Of a DNA stretch of 64,000 nt, positions 1-8,603 are shown piece by piece. Position 1 is the first letter of the stretch; every line of letters starts with the position of its first letter. A model generated the notes under the pieces. The model saw only the letters and a program-made list of their open reading frames with translations. It was not told where the DNA came from and searched no databases. The stretch comes from Acidimicrobiia bacterium. GTDB taxonomy: Bacteria > Actinomycetota > Acidimicrobiia > Spongiisociales > ZC4RG35. The DNA lies in the NCBI GenBank assembly GCA_963665765.1, contig OY762464.1:2674787-2738786 (forward strand), read 5' to 3'. Both the position numbers and the translations under genes were made by a program.

Positions 1-311
1 ACCCCCAGATATGGCACTTTGGTGTCGAGGCGGAGAGCACGGGTCAGGAAAGTGGCCATCTCGGCCCTGGTCACGTCCTGATCAGGACAGTAACGAGGCC
101 CGGTAAGGTCACAACCCACCGTCAGCCCCCGTTCGACGATGTAGCGAATGTCCTCCTCGTGGATGTTTTCCACGATGTCCACGAACCCACTCCCGTCTTC
201 GGGAGTTTCCTGCGCCAACGCTCGCAAACCCACTACAGCCACCAGCCCCATCGCCAGCGCACCCAGCAACAGGTGCCGCCTCACGGTACGGAAGTTCACC
301 CTTGCATACAT
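1..311 (-). CDS. Secreted protein, N-terminal part (signal peptide plus SLH-like repeat); continues beyond window start
   Basis: Reverse-strand ATG at 311-309. It is followed by MYARVNFRTVRRHLLLGALAMGLVAVVGLRALAQ (signal-like) and FVDIVENIHEEDIRYIVERGLTVGCDLTGPRYCPDQDVTRAEMATFLTRAL, the F.D..I..l..G..G..F.P..vTRaeMA.FL pattern of S-layer-homology-type repeats. The frame stays open to position 1, so it is absent from the ORF track. Confidence 0.45.
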   Translation of the reverse strand, partial: MYARVNFRTVRRHLLLGALAMGLVAVVGLRALAQETPEDGSGFVDIVENIHEEDIRYIVERGLTVGCDLTGPRYCPDQDVTRAEMATFLTRALRLDTKVPYLG

Positions 312-492
312 TTGCCGGTAGCTAAGTCTCAATCCACCGATGGGGTTTGGCGGATCTGTTGGATGAGACGGTGAGGATGGGTGGTCGTGTCGGGGGATCC
401 CACCCGGGCCGGAAGATATTGTCCCTGATGGTTTCCATGCTGTTGGGCGGGTCTCATATTGGCAGGTTTGAGATAGGTAGCCTTTTGAGGGA

Positions 493-1614
493 ATGGCAGA
501 ACTTACGGTAACGGCGGCGCTTCAAGAACTTTCCTCCTCCATACCTTGGCATCAGGCGGCTGATTGGGATGTGAGCGGTTTGACCCTGGGTGATCCGCAA
601 CAGCCGGTGAGAACGGCGGCGGTTTGTCATGAGGTGACCCTCGAGGTGGCCGCGGCTTTGGCTGAGGAACCGGTTGATCTGCTGGTCACATATCATCCGC
701 TGCTGTTTCGACCCGTTCGTACTTTGCGGGCCGGTGGCGGCCCGGAGGGACTGGCTTTTCGCCTGATCAGGATGGGAACGGCTCTGGCTGTGGCCCACAC
801 TGCTTTCGACGCCTGCCCGGGCGGCGCCGCCGATGCGCTGGCCGACCGTTTGGGGCTTCGGGAAACCACCGGGTTTGGCCCGATGGAGACAGCACCCCAA
901 ATCAAAGTGGTCACCTTTGTCCCTGCGTCACACGCCGAGGAGGTGGCCGAGGCCCTGGCTTCGGCGGGCGCCGGGCGGATTGGGAATTATCGGGGGTGCA
1001 GCTATCGCAGTGAAGGTGTAGGGGCGTTTGTGGCGGCGGCCGGCGCCGCTCCGGTGGTGGGCGAGGCGGGAGAGGACAATCGGGTGCCCGAGGTGCGGTT
1101 GGAGATGGTTGCTCCCGTGTCCGCTCGGGACAAGTTGGTGGCAGCCCTGGCGAGAGCCCATCCTTACGAGGAACCGGCCTTCGATATATATCCCGTGTCG
1201 GCCAACCTTCCCAGGGTGGGGAGGGTGGGTTTCTTGGACATGAAGCTCTCACCGGAGCGGTCCGCCCGCCACGTGGCGGGGACGCTGGGGTTGGAGGCCG
1301 TACGATGTGGGGGTATGGACGTGTATTCCGAGTATGGGGCCCAAGTGGCCGTGGCGCCTGGTTCGGGAGGCGCCTGGTTGACGTCGGCGGCGGCCGCCGG
1401 CGCCAGGCTGGTGGTCACCGGGGACGTCTCCCATCATCAGATGGCGCAGGCCCGCCACTTGGGGATGGGAGTGATCGATCCGGGACACGCCGCCACCGAG
1501 GCGCCGGGCATGAAGAGGCTGTGGAAAGTGGTGAGCGAGGTGATACCGCACACCCTGGACCTGACCGGGCTGAGTCCCGGCCCCAGGATCAGGATCAGAG
1601 GATCATGGAGATGA
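493..1614 (+). CDS. Nif3-like dinuclear metal center protein (GTP cyclohydrolase 1 type 2 homolog)
   Basis: 373-aa ORF with WDVSGLTLGD, DLLVTYHPLLF, a PII-like insert and C-terminal TGDVSHH..IDPGHAATE metal-ligand motifs typical of NIF3/YqfO. Synteny with the Zn-ribbon and RNase H genes. Confidence 0.85.
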   Translation: MAELTVTAALQELSSSIPWHQAADWDVSGLTLGDPQQPVRTAAVCHEVTLEVAAALAEEPVDLLVTYHPLLFRPVRTLRAGGGPEGLAFRLIRMGTALAVAHTAFDACPGGAADALADRLGLRETTGFGPMETAPQIKVVTFVPASHAEEVAEALASAGAGRIGNYRGCSYRSEGVGAFVAAAGAAPVVGEAGEDNRVPEVRLEMVAPVSARDKLVAALARAHPYEEPAFDIYPVSANLPRVGRVGFLDMKLSPERSARHVAGTLGLEAVRCGGMDVYSEYGAQVAVAPGSGGAWLTSAAAAGARLVVTGDVSHHQMAQARHLGMGVIDPGHAATEAPGMKRLWKVVSEVIPHTLDLTGLSPGPRIRIRGSWR

Positions 1615-2312
1615 GCCTTCTGTATGACCTGGTCGGTTTGCAGGCCGTCGATCTGGAGATTGATCGGGTGCAACGACAGAAAGCCACCCTGCCGGAGTTG
1701 CAAGAGTTGCGGGGGTTGGTGGAGCAGAAAAAAACGGTCGAATCCGAGCATGGGGAAACATCGGATGAGCTCAGAACGATGGATCTGGAGTTCGACCGGG
1801 CCAACGGGGAGTTGCAAATCATGGAGCAGCGATTGGAGGTCTCCGAAAAGAAGTTGTTCGGAGGGGGCATGAGCTCCAAGGAGACCGAGAATCGCCGGTT
1901 GGAGGTGGAATCTCTGCGAATGCGGATCGAGCAGCAGGAGTCTGATGCCCTGGATCTGATGGAACGCCGGGAGGAGACAGACTCCCGGATGGAGGAACTG
2001 TCAACCCGTCTGGCCGAGATTCGCCGAGGGGAGAGCGATGTGGGTGGGGTGGTCCGCCAAGCCTGGGAAGTGATGGACGCCGAGTTGGCGAGACTGCAAG
2101 CAGAACGGGCCGTGCTGATTCGCCCGGTGCCTGCGGAGGTCATGACAATGTACGAGAACCTGCGAAAGGATAAGGGAGGAGTGGCGGCCGGTCGGCTGGA
2201 GGGAAGCATCTGCGGCGGTTGCCACTTGGCCCTTTCGGAATCAGAGCGCCGGGAGGCTGCCGAGAGCGATCCGGCCCGGTGCATCCACTGCCGGAGAATC
2301 TTGGTGTTCTGA
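1605..2312 (+). CDS. Coiled-coil zinc-ribbon protein (COG1579/DUF164 family)
   Basis: Internal ATG at 1605 (MEMSLLYDLVGLQAVDLEIDR...), long heptad-like region, C-terminal CGGCHL...CIHCRRIL double CxxC. The track ORF from 1305 is an upstream out-of-family extension overlapping nif3. 10-nt overlap with the nif3 stop. Confidence 0.8.
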   Translation: MEMSLLYDLVGLQAVDLEIDRVQRQKATLPELQELRGLVEQKKTVESEHGETSDELRTMDLEFDRANGELQIMEQRLEVSEKKLFGGGMSSKETENRRLEVESLRMRIEQQESDALDLMERREETDSRMEELSTRLAEIRRGESDVGGVVRQAWEVMDAELARLQAERAVLIRPVPAEVMTMYENLRKDKGGVAAGRLEGSICGGCHLALSESERREAAESDPARCIHCRRILVF

Positions 2313-2315
2313 CCC

Positions 2316-2729
2316 TTGCCGGACGACCTTTACCTGCTCTACACGGATGGGGCCGCCCGCGGCAATCCCGGCCCGGCGGCGGTCGGGGCGGTGCTGTACC
2401 GGGGATCACCCTCCCGGCCACAGGTGGTTGCCGAGTTGAGCCGCGCCATCGGTCGGACCACCAACAACGTGGCCGAGTATCGAGCGGTGATCGAAGGACT
2501 GCAAATGGCGGCTCAGCACCGCCCGCCCAGTTTGGTGCTCCGCTGCGATTCGCAATTGCTGGTGCGACAGCTGTTGGGCGAATACCGGGTGAGGGCGGTG
2601 GGATTGAAACCCCTGCACCGCAAGGCGCGGATGCTTTTGGAGGGTTTTCCGGAGGTGCGGATGGAGCACGTCCGCCGAGAAAGCAACCGGCATGCCGACC
2701 GGTTGGCCAATCAGGCGCTTGACCTGTGA
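2316..2729 (+). CDS. rnhA: Ribonuclease HI family protein
   Basis: YTDGAARGNPGPAA, NNVAEYRAVIEGL and NRHADRLAN match the RNase H DEDD core. Nif3/Zn-ribbon/RNase H order as at the mycobacterial Rv2230c-Rv2228c locus. TTG start is uncertain. Confidence 0.8.
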   Translation: MPDDLYLLYTDGAARGNPGPAAVGAVLYRGSPSRPQVVAELSRAIGRTTNNVAEYRAVIEGLQMAAQHRPPSLVLRCDSQLLVRQLLGEYRVRAVGLKPLHRKARMLLEGFPEVRMEHVRRESNRHADRLANQALDL

Positions 2730-3247
2730 TCCTGTGGCATTTCGCCACGGCCCTGTTCGGCTTTCGTTGGGTGTTCCGCGACCCGGAGGCTGATTTAAGG
2801 TGGCTGTTGGTCGGGGCGTTGGGCCCCGACCTGGTTGATATGCCGGTGGGGACCCTGATCTGGGCCGAGGTTTACTCCTCGGGAGAGATCTTCGGGCACA
2901 CATTGATCGTGACCATGGCCGCAGGAATCATGGCGCTGCTGATCACCCGGCGCCACAGTCGCGCCCGCCGGAACGCGATGGTGATGATGGTGGGTTGGTT
3001 GATCCATCTGCTGGCGGACGGGATTTGGTTGCAAGCGCGGGTTTTCTGGTGGCCTTTTTGGGGGTGGTCCTTTCCTTCCCAGGACCTCCCGTTCTGGGCG
3101 GGCGCCTGGGCGCGGGCTCAGGCAGATCCGTGGCGATGGATCGCCGAAGGAGTCGGGTTTTGGTATCTGTTGGTGGTGGTGCGCCGATCCGAACGGGGGT
3201 CGATGGATACCCTGCGCCGGTTCCTTCGCACGGGCAGGCCGGCTTGA
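2726..3247 (+). CDS. Membrane-bound metal-dependent hydrolase-like protein (DUF457/YdjM-like)
   Basis: 173-aa hydrophobic ORF with His-containing segments (GHTLIV, HLLADG). GTGA overlap with the rnhA stop. Family call is from general resemblance only. Confidence 0.45.
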   Translation: MILWHFATALFGFRWVFRDPEADLRWLLVGALGPDLVDMPVGTLIWAEVYSSGEIFGHTLIVTMAAGIMALLITRRHSRARRNAMVMMVGWLIHLLADGIWLQARVFWWPFWGWSFPSQDLPFWAGAWARAQADPWRWIAEGVGFWYLLVVVRRSERGSMDTLRRFLRTGRPA

Positions 3248-3981
3248 TGCGCCGCCGGTCCGGGAATGGTCCTGTCCGAGCGGTGATCATTGTCCTGGCC
3301 GCGGTCGTCCTGGGGGGATTGGCGCCGGCCGGTTGCGGGGACGACGGGGTTGGCGATCCGCCCACCACCACCGGCTCGGGGCCCCCGACTCCCACCGGGT
3401 ACCTCGATCCGGCCGAAACCGTCTCGGTTCTCTTGGAGATTCTGGCCGCCGATGGCTGGGATGAGGCGGCCGGAATCACGGTGGAGGGTCAGATGGCGCT
3501 GGTGGCTTTGGCCGAGGGCGCCGACATCGAGACCGTCTCCGACTATCTGCGGCTGGGAGAAAGCGGGGTGGGCGCCAACTTCTGGGCCGGGTTCACCCAG
3601 GTCGTCGAGGAGTATCTGGCCGGTTCCATAGAAGATCTCCGGGTGGTATCCCGGCGCGCCTATGAAGCAGGCGAAAAGTCCTTTGTGGACTTTGGGCTGG
3701 CCTCCTCCACCTCCCCGGAGGGGCGCACCTTCAAATTAACCGTTGTCCGTTCCGATGATCTGCTGTGGAGGGTGGATGTCATCGCCACCTTCGTGGATGT
3801 CCTGGCCTATCGCCTGTCCGAGACGGCCGAGATAGCCCGGGCCACCCGCACCGAGGACGCGGCGGCGGTGTCAGCCGAATTGGGCCGGCAGGTCGCCTCT
3901 CTGCAGGCGGCGCTCACCGATCCCGACCTGACCGAAGAGTTGAACCGGGGGATTCTCTCGATACTGGTCGCACTCCAATAG
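3247..3981 (+). CDS. Putative lipoprotein, unknown function
   Basis: ATG at 3247 overlaps the upstream TGA. MRRRSGNGPVRAVIIVLAAVVLGGLAPAGCGDDG is a signal peptide with lipobox L-A-P-A-G-C. The track ORF from 2995 is an upstream extension. Confidence 0.5.
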   Translation: MRRRSGNGPVRAVIIVLAAVVLGGLAPAGCGDDGVGDPPTTTGSGPPTPTGYLDPAETVSVLLEILAADGWDEAAGITVEGQMALVALAEGADIETVSDYLRLGESGVGANFWAGFTQVVEEYLAGSIEDLRVVSRRAYEAGEKSFVDFGLASSTSPEGRTFKLTVVRSDDLLWRVDVIATFVDVLAYRLSETAEIARATRTEDAAAVSAELGRQVASLQAALTDPDLTEELNRGILSILVALQ

Positions 3982-4017
3982 CCGGGGCGACGAACACCGG
4001 CCCTGGTGCGGTGGGTT

Positions 4018-4737
4018 CTACCAGAGGGGCCAGGGGAGGGCCGGCCGGTCGGCGGGAGGATGAGGATGGGTGGGGTCGTCCAGCACACGTCGGGTGCGGC
4101 ACAAAAGCGCCTCCGCCTCCGGGGGGTCGAGCAGTTCGCCCGCCCGTCTCCCCATGCCGTTGCTCAGCGCCTCCCGCAGGCGGTCCACTGCCTGCAGGCA
4201 ATGGTCGGGAATCCGCTCTCCGGCGAAGCCCCACAAGACGGTGCGGAGCTTGTCGTGGTGATGAAAAGTGAGACCGTGATCGATGGCGAAAATCTGTTCG
4301 CCGGGCGACTCCACCAACAGGTGGCCGAGTTTTCGATCGGCGTTGTTGGTGATCAGATCGAACACCGCCACCGGCCATAGTCGGGGATCGGTTCCGTCTC
4401 GGAACCAGACACGCTGGTCGAAATCGGGGTCGGGTTGAAGATAGCGTTGCGCGGCGCCGGCTCCCAGGGGGCCGAAGGCCCTCACTGTTTTTGGAACCAG
4501 GCCCAATTCCATGCAGGCGCTCACCTCATACGCCAGGATCTCTCGGTTGGCCAGAGATGCGGACGGAAAATCCCGGAGGGGGCGGACGCCGACCTCCGGT
4601 TTGTACACCCAGTGTTGGTCGTCCGGGTCCTTTCCCAGGAATGTGGCGTTGGAGGCGGAGGAGAACCTGCCCACCAGTTCGGCGATTACCAGCCCGTGGG
4701 TCAGATGCTCAGTTGCGGGCGGGACACTCGTGTCCAT
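4018..4737 (-). CDS. SCO1664 family protein (PI3/4-kinase-like fold)
   Basis: 239-aa ORF with FDLITNNADRKLGHLL and AIDHGLTFH (kinase-like catalytic/Mg loops), recalled as the actinobacterial SCO1664 family. Last gene of an overlapping triad. Confidence 0.7.
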   Translation of the reverse strand: MDTSVPPATEHLTHGLVIAELVGRFSSASNATFLGKDPDDQHWVYKPEVGVRPLRDFPSASLANREILAYEVSACMELGLVPKTVRAFGPLGAGAAQRYLQPDPDFDQRVWFRDGTDPRLWPVAVFDLITNNADRKLGHLLVESPGEQIFAIDHGLTFHHHDKLRTVLWGFAGERIPDHCLQAVDRLREALSNGMGRRAGELLDPPEAEALLCRTRRVLDDPTHPHPPADRPALPWPLW

Positions 4738-5191
4738 CGGGGTTTTTGGGGAGTCGACACCAGGGGCAGATCGGCCGCCCGGCTCGGACCAGCTTCCGGG
4801 CGATCACCACCATGGCTCGGAACTGTTCGGGAGACACCATGAACATCAGACCCTGATCATCACGATCCGATTCGAAAGAGAGGTTCATCAGGCCCGACGG
4901 CCGGATCCCGACGTTGATGGTTCCCACCCGGAACTCCTCCTCGCCGGCCGGGTCATCTATCTGGAGGTCGGTGGCGAGCAGGGCTTCCACCGCGCCGCTG
5001 TCCACCATCACCCCCGACCGTTGCAAACTGCGCCACCCCTGGGAAGCGAGTGCCTCCACCTGTTGCTTTTCGGCCAGCATCGAGCGGCGTTCGCCGTTGG
5101 CCACCACCTGGAAGTAAAAGCGCCGTTTGCCCGGCGGCCCGATGGCGCCCACCACGAATCGCTCGGCGGGCCCCAAGTTGTTCACTGCCAT
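4709..5191 (-). CDS. DUF3090 family protein
   Basis: ATG at 5191 gives MAVNNLGPAERFVVGAIGPPGKRRFYFQV... ending CPWCRLPKNPDGHECPARN, as recalled for DUF3090. The longer track ORF (to 5533) is antisense-like extension. Overlaps both neighbours. Confidence 0.7.
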   Translation of the reverse strand: MAVNNLGPAERFVVGAIGPPGKRRFYFQVVANGERRSMLAEKQQVEALASQGWRSLQRSGVMVDSGAVEALLATDLQIDDPAGEEEFRVGTINVGIRPSGLMNLSFESDRDDQGLMFMVSPEQFRAMVVIARKLVRAGRPICPWCRLPKNPDGHECPARN

Positions 5192-5793
5192 GTGTCCGGA
5201 TCTCCGTTGGTATTGATAGCCACCACGGTAACGGCGCCATTCTTGGAGATATCCAACACCGAGACAGAGGTGGGGGCAACGGTGAGTCTCGACCACAGAT
5301 CGAGTGGCTGCCCCAGATAGAAGCCCAGCGCCAGCCGGATGACATCGGCATGGGTGACCATGATCAACGTGCTGTCGGGATGACGGCCGGCCATCTTCTC
5401 GCAGGCGGCGGCGGCCCGCAGTTGGGACTCGGCCGGGGATTCTCCGCCGGGAAAACGCATCCGAGACGGCTGGTGCACCACCGTTTTCCACTCCGGCAGT
5501 TGGTAAAGCTCGGCCAGTTCTTTTCCGGTCCACTCCCCGTAGTCAACTTCAATCAGGTCTTGCTCCGTCACGGGGGAAAGCCCGTGAGGCGCCGCCAGCA
5601 ATTCAGCGGTTTCTCGGGTGCGTTCCAAGGGAGAGCAGTAAACCGCCGGGGGGTCGACCCGGGATAATCGCCGGGCGAGTTGGCGGGTGGCGGTCCTGGC
5701 CGGCTCGGTGAGGTGCTGTCCTTTCATCCGTCCATAGAGCACCTTGCCGGTGGTGGAAACCGGGGCATGGCGGACCAAGAGCAGACGGGTCAT
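5182..5793 (-). CDS. Histidine-phosphatase superfamily phosphomutase (MSMEG_4193-like)
   Basis: LLLVRHAPV (RHG-type motif), SPLERTRETA and VTHADVIR are histidine phosphatase signatures. First gene of the triad. Confidence 0.75.
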   Translation of the reverse strand: MTRLLLVRHAPVSTTGKVLYGRMKGQHLTEPARTATRQLARRLSRVDPPAVYCSPLERTRETAELLAAPHGLSPVTEQDLIEVDYGEWTGKELAELYQLPEWKTVVHQPSRMRFPGGESPAESQLRAAAACEKMAGRHPDSTLIMVTHADVIRLALGFYLGQPLDLWSRLTVAPTSVSVLDISKNGAVTVVAINTNGDPDTWQ

Positions 5794-5869
5794 AAGAGCA
5801 AGGCTACCGAGTCGTCACCGGTCGTTACACGCCCGGGGGGCAACGGGCCGGGCGGTATCGTTGCGAAAG

Positions 5870-6655
5870 GTGAAAGAGAACACAGAACTGCGAAGATGGG
5901 CGGAGATTCTCTTCGATTCCTATCGCACCGGGACCCCCATCGAACCTCTGAGCGAAACCGATCCCGGCCTGGGGGTGAGAGAGGCCCATCTGATCCAGAA
6001 GATGTTCGCCGACCGACTGCGCTCCTGGCTGGGCGGGGAGGTGATCGGCTACAAGCTGGGTTTGACTTCTCGACCCATGCAGGAGCTATTGGGGGTGAAC
6101 ACCCCCGACTACGCCCCGGTGCTCTCCACCATGTCGCACAATTCGGGTGAAAGGGTGGGGATCGGTTCGGCGATCGCTCCCAAAGCCGAAGCGGAGATCA
6201 CCTTGATGATGGAAAAGACCCTGCGGGGTCCGGGAGTCACCGCGCTGGCCGCCGCCCGAGCGGTGGAGGGGGCGGTGGCGTCCATCGAGGTGGTCGATTC
6301 GCGGGTGGCTGACTGGAGGATCAAGCTGGTGGACACGGTGGCTGATTTGGGCTCGTCCCGAGCCGCCGTGCTGGGTGAGCGGGTGGTGCCGGTGGATTTC
6401 GACCTGCGATGGTGCGGGATGGCGATCTATCACAACGGTGACCTGGCCGGGACCGGCGCCGGAGCCGCCTGCATGGGCAGTCCTTTCATCGCGGTGGCCT
6501 GGCTGGCCAACGAATTGGCGAACTATGGGGAAGTGCTGGAGGCGGGGACCTTCGTTTTGACCGGCGCACTGCACGCCGCCTTCCCGGTGGCGCCCGGAGA
6601 TACCGTGTGGGCGTCCTTCGACCGGCTGGGATCGGTGTCGGTAAGCTTTGGGTGA
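5870..6655 (+). CDS. 2-keto-4-pentenoate hydratase / 4-oxalocrotonate decarboxylase family (MhpD/HpcG-like)
   Basis: GYKLGLTS, EAEI..M, VADWRI and FVLTGAL motifs of the fumarylacetoacetate-hydrolase-related hydratases. Start taken at GTG 5870 (TTG 5861 also possible) because the track start 5744 overlaps the divergent phosphomutase gene. Confidence 0.7.
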   Translation: MKENTELRRWAEILFDSYRTGTPIEPLSETDPGLGVREAHLIQKMFADRLRSWLGGEVIGYKLGLTSRPMQELLGVNTPDYAPVLSTMSHNSGERVGIGSAIAPKAEAEITLMMEKTLRGPGVTALAAARAVEGAVASIEVVDSRVADWRIKLVDTVADLGSSRAAVLGERVVPVDFDLRWCGMAIYHNGDLAGTGAGAACMGSPFIAVAWLANELANYGEVLEAGTFVLTGALHAAFPVAPGDTVWASFDRLGSVSVSFG

Positions 6656-6676
6656 TTCGCCATACGGGAGACGACG

Positions 6677-6931
6677 ATGCAGGTAGAGATCACGATCACC
6701 AACCCGGCCGGGCTACATGCCCGCCCCGCCGCCGAGTTTGTCAAGCGCGCCAAGGCGTCTTCTTCGACTATCACCGTAACCGCCAACGACAAGAAAGTCA
6801 ACGCCAAAAGCATGCTGGGCATCCTCAAGCTGGGCGCCACTATGGGAACCACCATTTCCATTGAAGTGGACGGCGACGACGCCGATCAGGTTATTTCCGA
6901 TTTCACCGCTCTGCTGTCGGTGGAGGGCTGA
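6677..6931 (+). CDS. ptsH: Phosphocarrier protein HPr
   Basis: 84 aa with NPAGLHARPAA (His15 site) and NAKSMLGIL (Ser46 region). Confidence 0.9.
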   Translation: MQVEITITNPAGLHARPAAEFVKRAKASSSTITVTANDKKVNAKSMLGILKLGATMGTTISIEVDGDDADQVISDFTALLSVEG

Positions 6932-7023
6932 GGTCCGGTTTACGCCGGGGTGCCGATTCCTCCGGGTAGCCGTTCCATGCTCCTCGGCGCCCGGCCGACC
7001 CGCCGGCAGGACGAAGGCGCGGT

Positions 7024-8127
7024 GTGTCTCTGTGGGGCGGAATCTTTAGAAGACCGTATTCGCCGGTGAAGAGTGATCATCGCCGGGCATTGGTGATGAT
7101 GTCGGGGGCGGTGATGTTCTTTTCCACCAATGCCCTGTTTGTGGAGTTGACCCTGGGAGACAATCACCCCTTCTTGTACAACGCCGGGGTGTGGATGGGA
7201 ATGTCATTGGGCCTGGTGGGTGTCTTGTTGCTGTTTTACCGGCCGATTTTTGCTGATCCCGTTATCCGAAGGGTGCTTCTCCGACGGGTCGCCGGTTTGA
7301 AAACCGACGGTGTTCGCCGATGGGATCTGTTGGGAATGCTGTTTTTGATGGTGGTCGGGCGGTTCGCGTTCGCGTTTTTCCCGTGGGCCACGCAATATGT
7401 GGAGACCGCCACTGTGGCGGTGTTGCACTATACCTGGCCCGTTTTCTTTGTGCTGGTGCTCTCCAGATGGGACCGAACCAACCACAGAAGATACCGGAAA
7501 GTCACCACCGTTTCGTGGACCGGTTTGGGCCTGGCGTTTCTGGGAATGGCGGCGGTGGTGGTGGGAACCGTGGGTTTTCAAGACGTCGGGGCGACACTGT
7601 CTGCCAGGGTTCTGGGGATGATCCTGGCGGTCATATCCGCGGTTCTCCTGGTCTGCACCGTGGTGGCGGGCTATCCGTTCTGTGATGGTCTCGCCAATGA
7701 AATAACCCGGAAAACCGGCGCCCGCATCAACCGGCGCAGTTTGGAGATGGCGTGTCTGTTATTCGGGTATTCCGTTTCGGCGCTGATCTCCGTCATCCCC
7801 AACGTGCTGATCGGGCTGGCCGGTGGGGGGCGAATCACACCGGTGTCCGCCGTTTGGACGGTGGCGGTCGGATTCAGTTTCGTTCCCGGGGCGGTGCTAT
7901 CCCGCAAGGCCGTGCTGATAACCCCCGACCTGGGTATCAATGCTTTCATCTACGCGTCGCCCGTGGTGGGCCTCATATGGCTGGGTTGGTTCACCGACAT
8001 CGCGGTCGCTCGGCTCGATCTGCTGGTGGCAGGCGCTCTGACCGTGGCGGTGGCCAACCTGCTGCTGAACAGGACCGCCACCCCTCCCATGTCCAAACGC
8101 CTGAAACTCCCTGTAACACCGGGTTGA
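7024..8127 (+). CDS. Polytopic membrane protein, DMT/EamA-like transporter
   Basis: 367-aa ORF with about 10 hydrophobic segments in two halves. Same general architecture as the paralog pair at 30575-32705. Confidence 0.5.
   Translation: MSLWGGIFRRPYSPVKSDHRRALVMMSGAVMFFSTNALFVELTLGDNHPFLYNAGVWMGMSLGLVGVLLLFYRPIFADPVIRRVLLRRVAGLKTDGVRRWDLLGMLFLMVVGRFAFAFFPWATQYVETATVAVLHYTWPVFFVLVLSRWDRTNHRRYRKVTTVSWTGLGLAFLGMAAVVVGTVGFQDVGATLSARVLGMILAVISAVLLVCTVVAGYPFCDGLANEITRKTGARINRRSLEMACLLFGYSVSALISVIPNVLIGLAGGGRITPVSAVWTVAVGFSFVPGAVLSRKAVLITPDLGINAFIYASPVVGLIWLGWFTDIAVARLDLLVAGALTVAVANLLLNRTATPPMSKRLKLPVTPG
8040..8127 (+). repeat. Direct repeat copy 1 (true 3' end of the DMT gene incl. stop)
   Basis: gaccgtggcggtggccaacctgctgctgaacaggaccgccacccctcccatgtccaaacgcctgaaactccctgtAAcaccgggttga. 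Recurs at 8604-8691 with only the two capitalised bases changed. Confidence 0.9.
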
Positions 8128-8182
8128 GTCACCCCCACCCTGGTGTATTATTACAGGCACACCAGAGAAAAGGACAAGCACC

Positions 8183-8566
8183 TTGAGCGCAGATGATGCT
8201 ATGCCCACCACCAGAGCAGACCTGAACGCTCTCAGAGCAGATCTGAACACCGCCACGGCCGATCTCAGAGCAGATCTGAACACCGCCACGGCAGACCTCA
8301 GAGCAGACCTGAACACCGCCACGGTAGACCTCAGAGCAGACCTGAACACCGCCACGGCAGACCTGAGAGCAGATCTCAGAGCAGACCTGAGAGCAGATCT
8401 CAGAGCAGATCTGAACACCGCCATGGCAGACCTCAGAGATGATGTGGCCAAGATCGTAGAAGAGGGGTTTGCCGAGGCAGACCGCAAATGGTCGGAACGG
8501 CATGACTTTCTGCTCACAGAGATCAGAGAGATAGTCAAGTGGCTACCTCAGGCCAGAAGCGCATGA
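8183..8566 (+). CDS. Tandem-repeat (11-aa LRADLNTATAD periodic) protein, unknown function
   Basis: 127-aa ORF. AAGGA lies 8 nt upstream of TTG 8183 (ATG 8201 is an alternative start). The body consists of 11-aa and 4-aa (LRAD) repeats, then a non-repetitive tail DDVAKIVEEGFAEADRKWSERHDFLLTEIREIVKWL. Confidence 0.55.
   Translation: MSADDAMPTTRADLNALRADLNTATADLRADLNTATADLRADLNTATVDLRADLNTATADLRADLRADLRADLRADLNTAMADLRDDVAKIVEEGFAEADRKWSERHDFLLTEIREIVKWLPQARSA
8213..8438 (+). repeat. 33-nt tandem repeat array (about 5 units) interrupted by three 12-nt sub-units, in-frame
   Basis: Units agagcagaYctgaacaccgccaYggYMgaYctS read directly from 8213 to 8438. The middle section is agagcagatctc/agagcagacctg/agagcagatctc. 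Confidence 0.9.
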
Positions 8567-8603
8567 CCAGACGCAAGCGCAGAGGTCTGCCGCGGCGCGC
8601 TGT

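Noticed and set aside
159-374. 71-aa plus-strand ORF at the window start
   Set aside because: It lies antisense to a better-supported minus-strand gene (signal peptide plus SLH-like repeat) and has no motif or RBS.
1305-1604. Upstream 100-codon extension of the Zn-ribbon ORF overlapping nif3. The same applies to similar N-terminal extensions at 2995-3246, 5192-5533, 5744-5869, 20932-20997, 28955-29161, 34133-34375, 56433-56561, 57509-57661, 61307-61660 and 62743-62874.
   Set aside because: The extensions overlap the neighbouring gene and are compositionally aberrant. Internal starts reproduce the normal family N-termini and give 1-4 nt stop/start overlaps.
8213-8438. Possible CRISPR array, because of regularly spaced repeats
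   Set aside because: The repeats are contiguous with no unique spacers. The period is 33 or 12 nt, in frame inside an ORF, and no cas genes are nearby.
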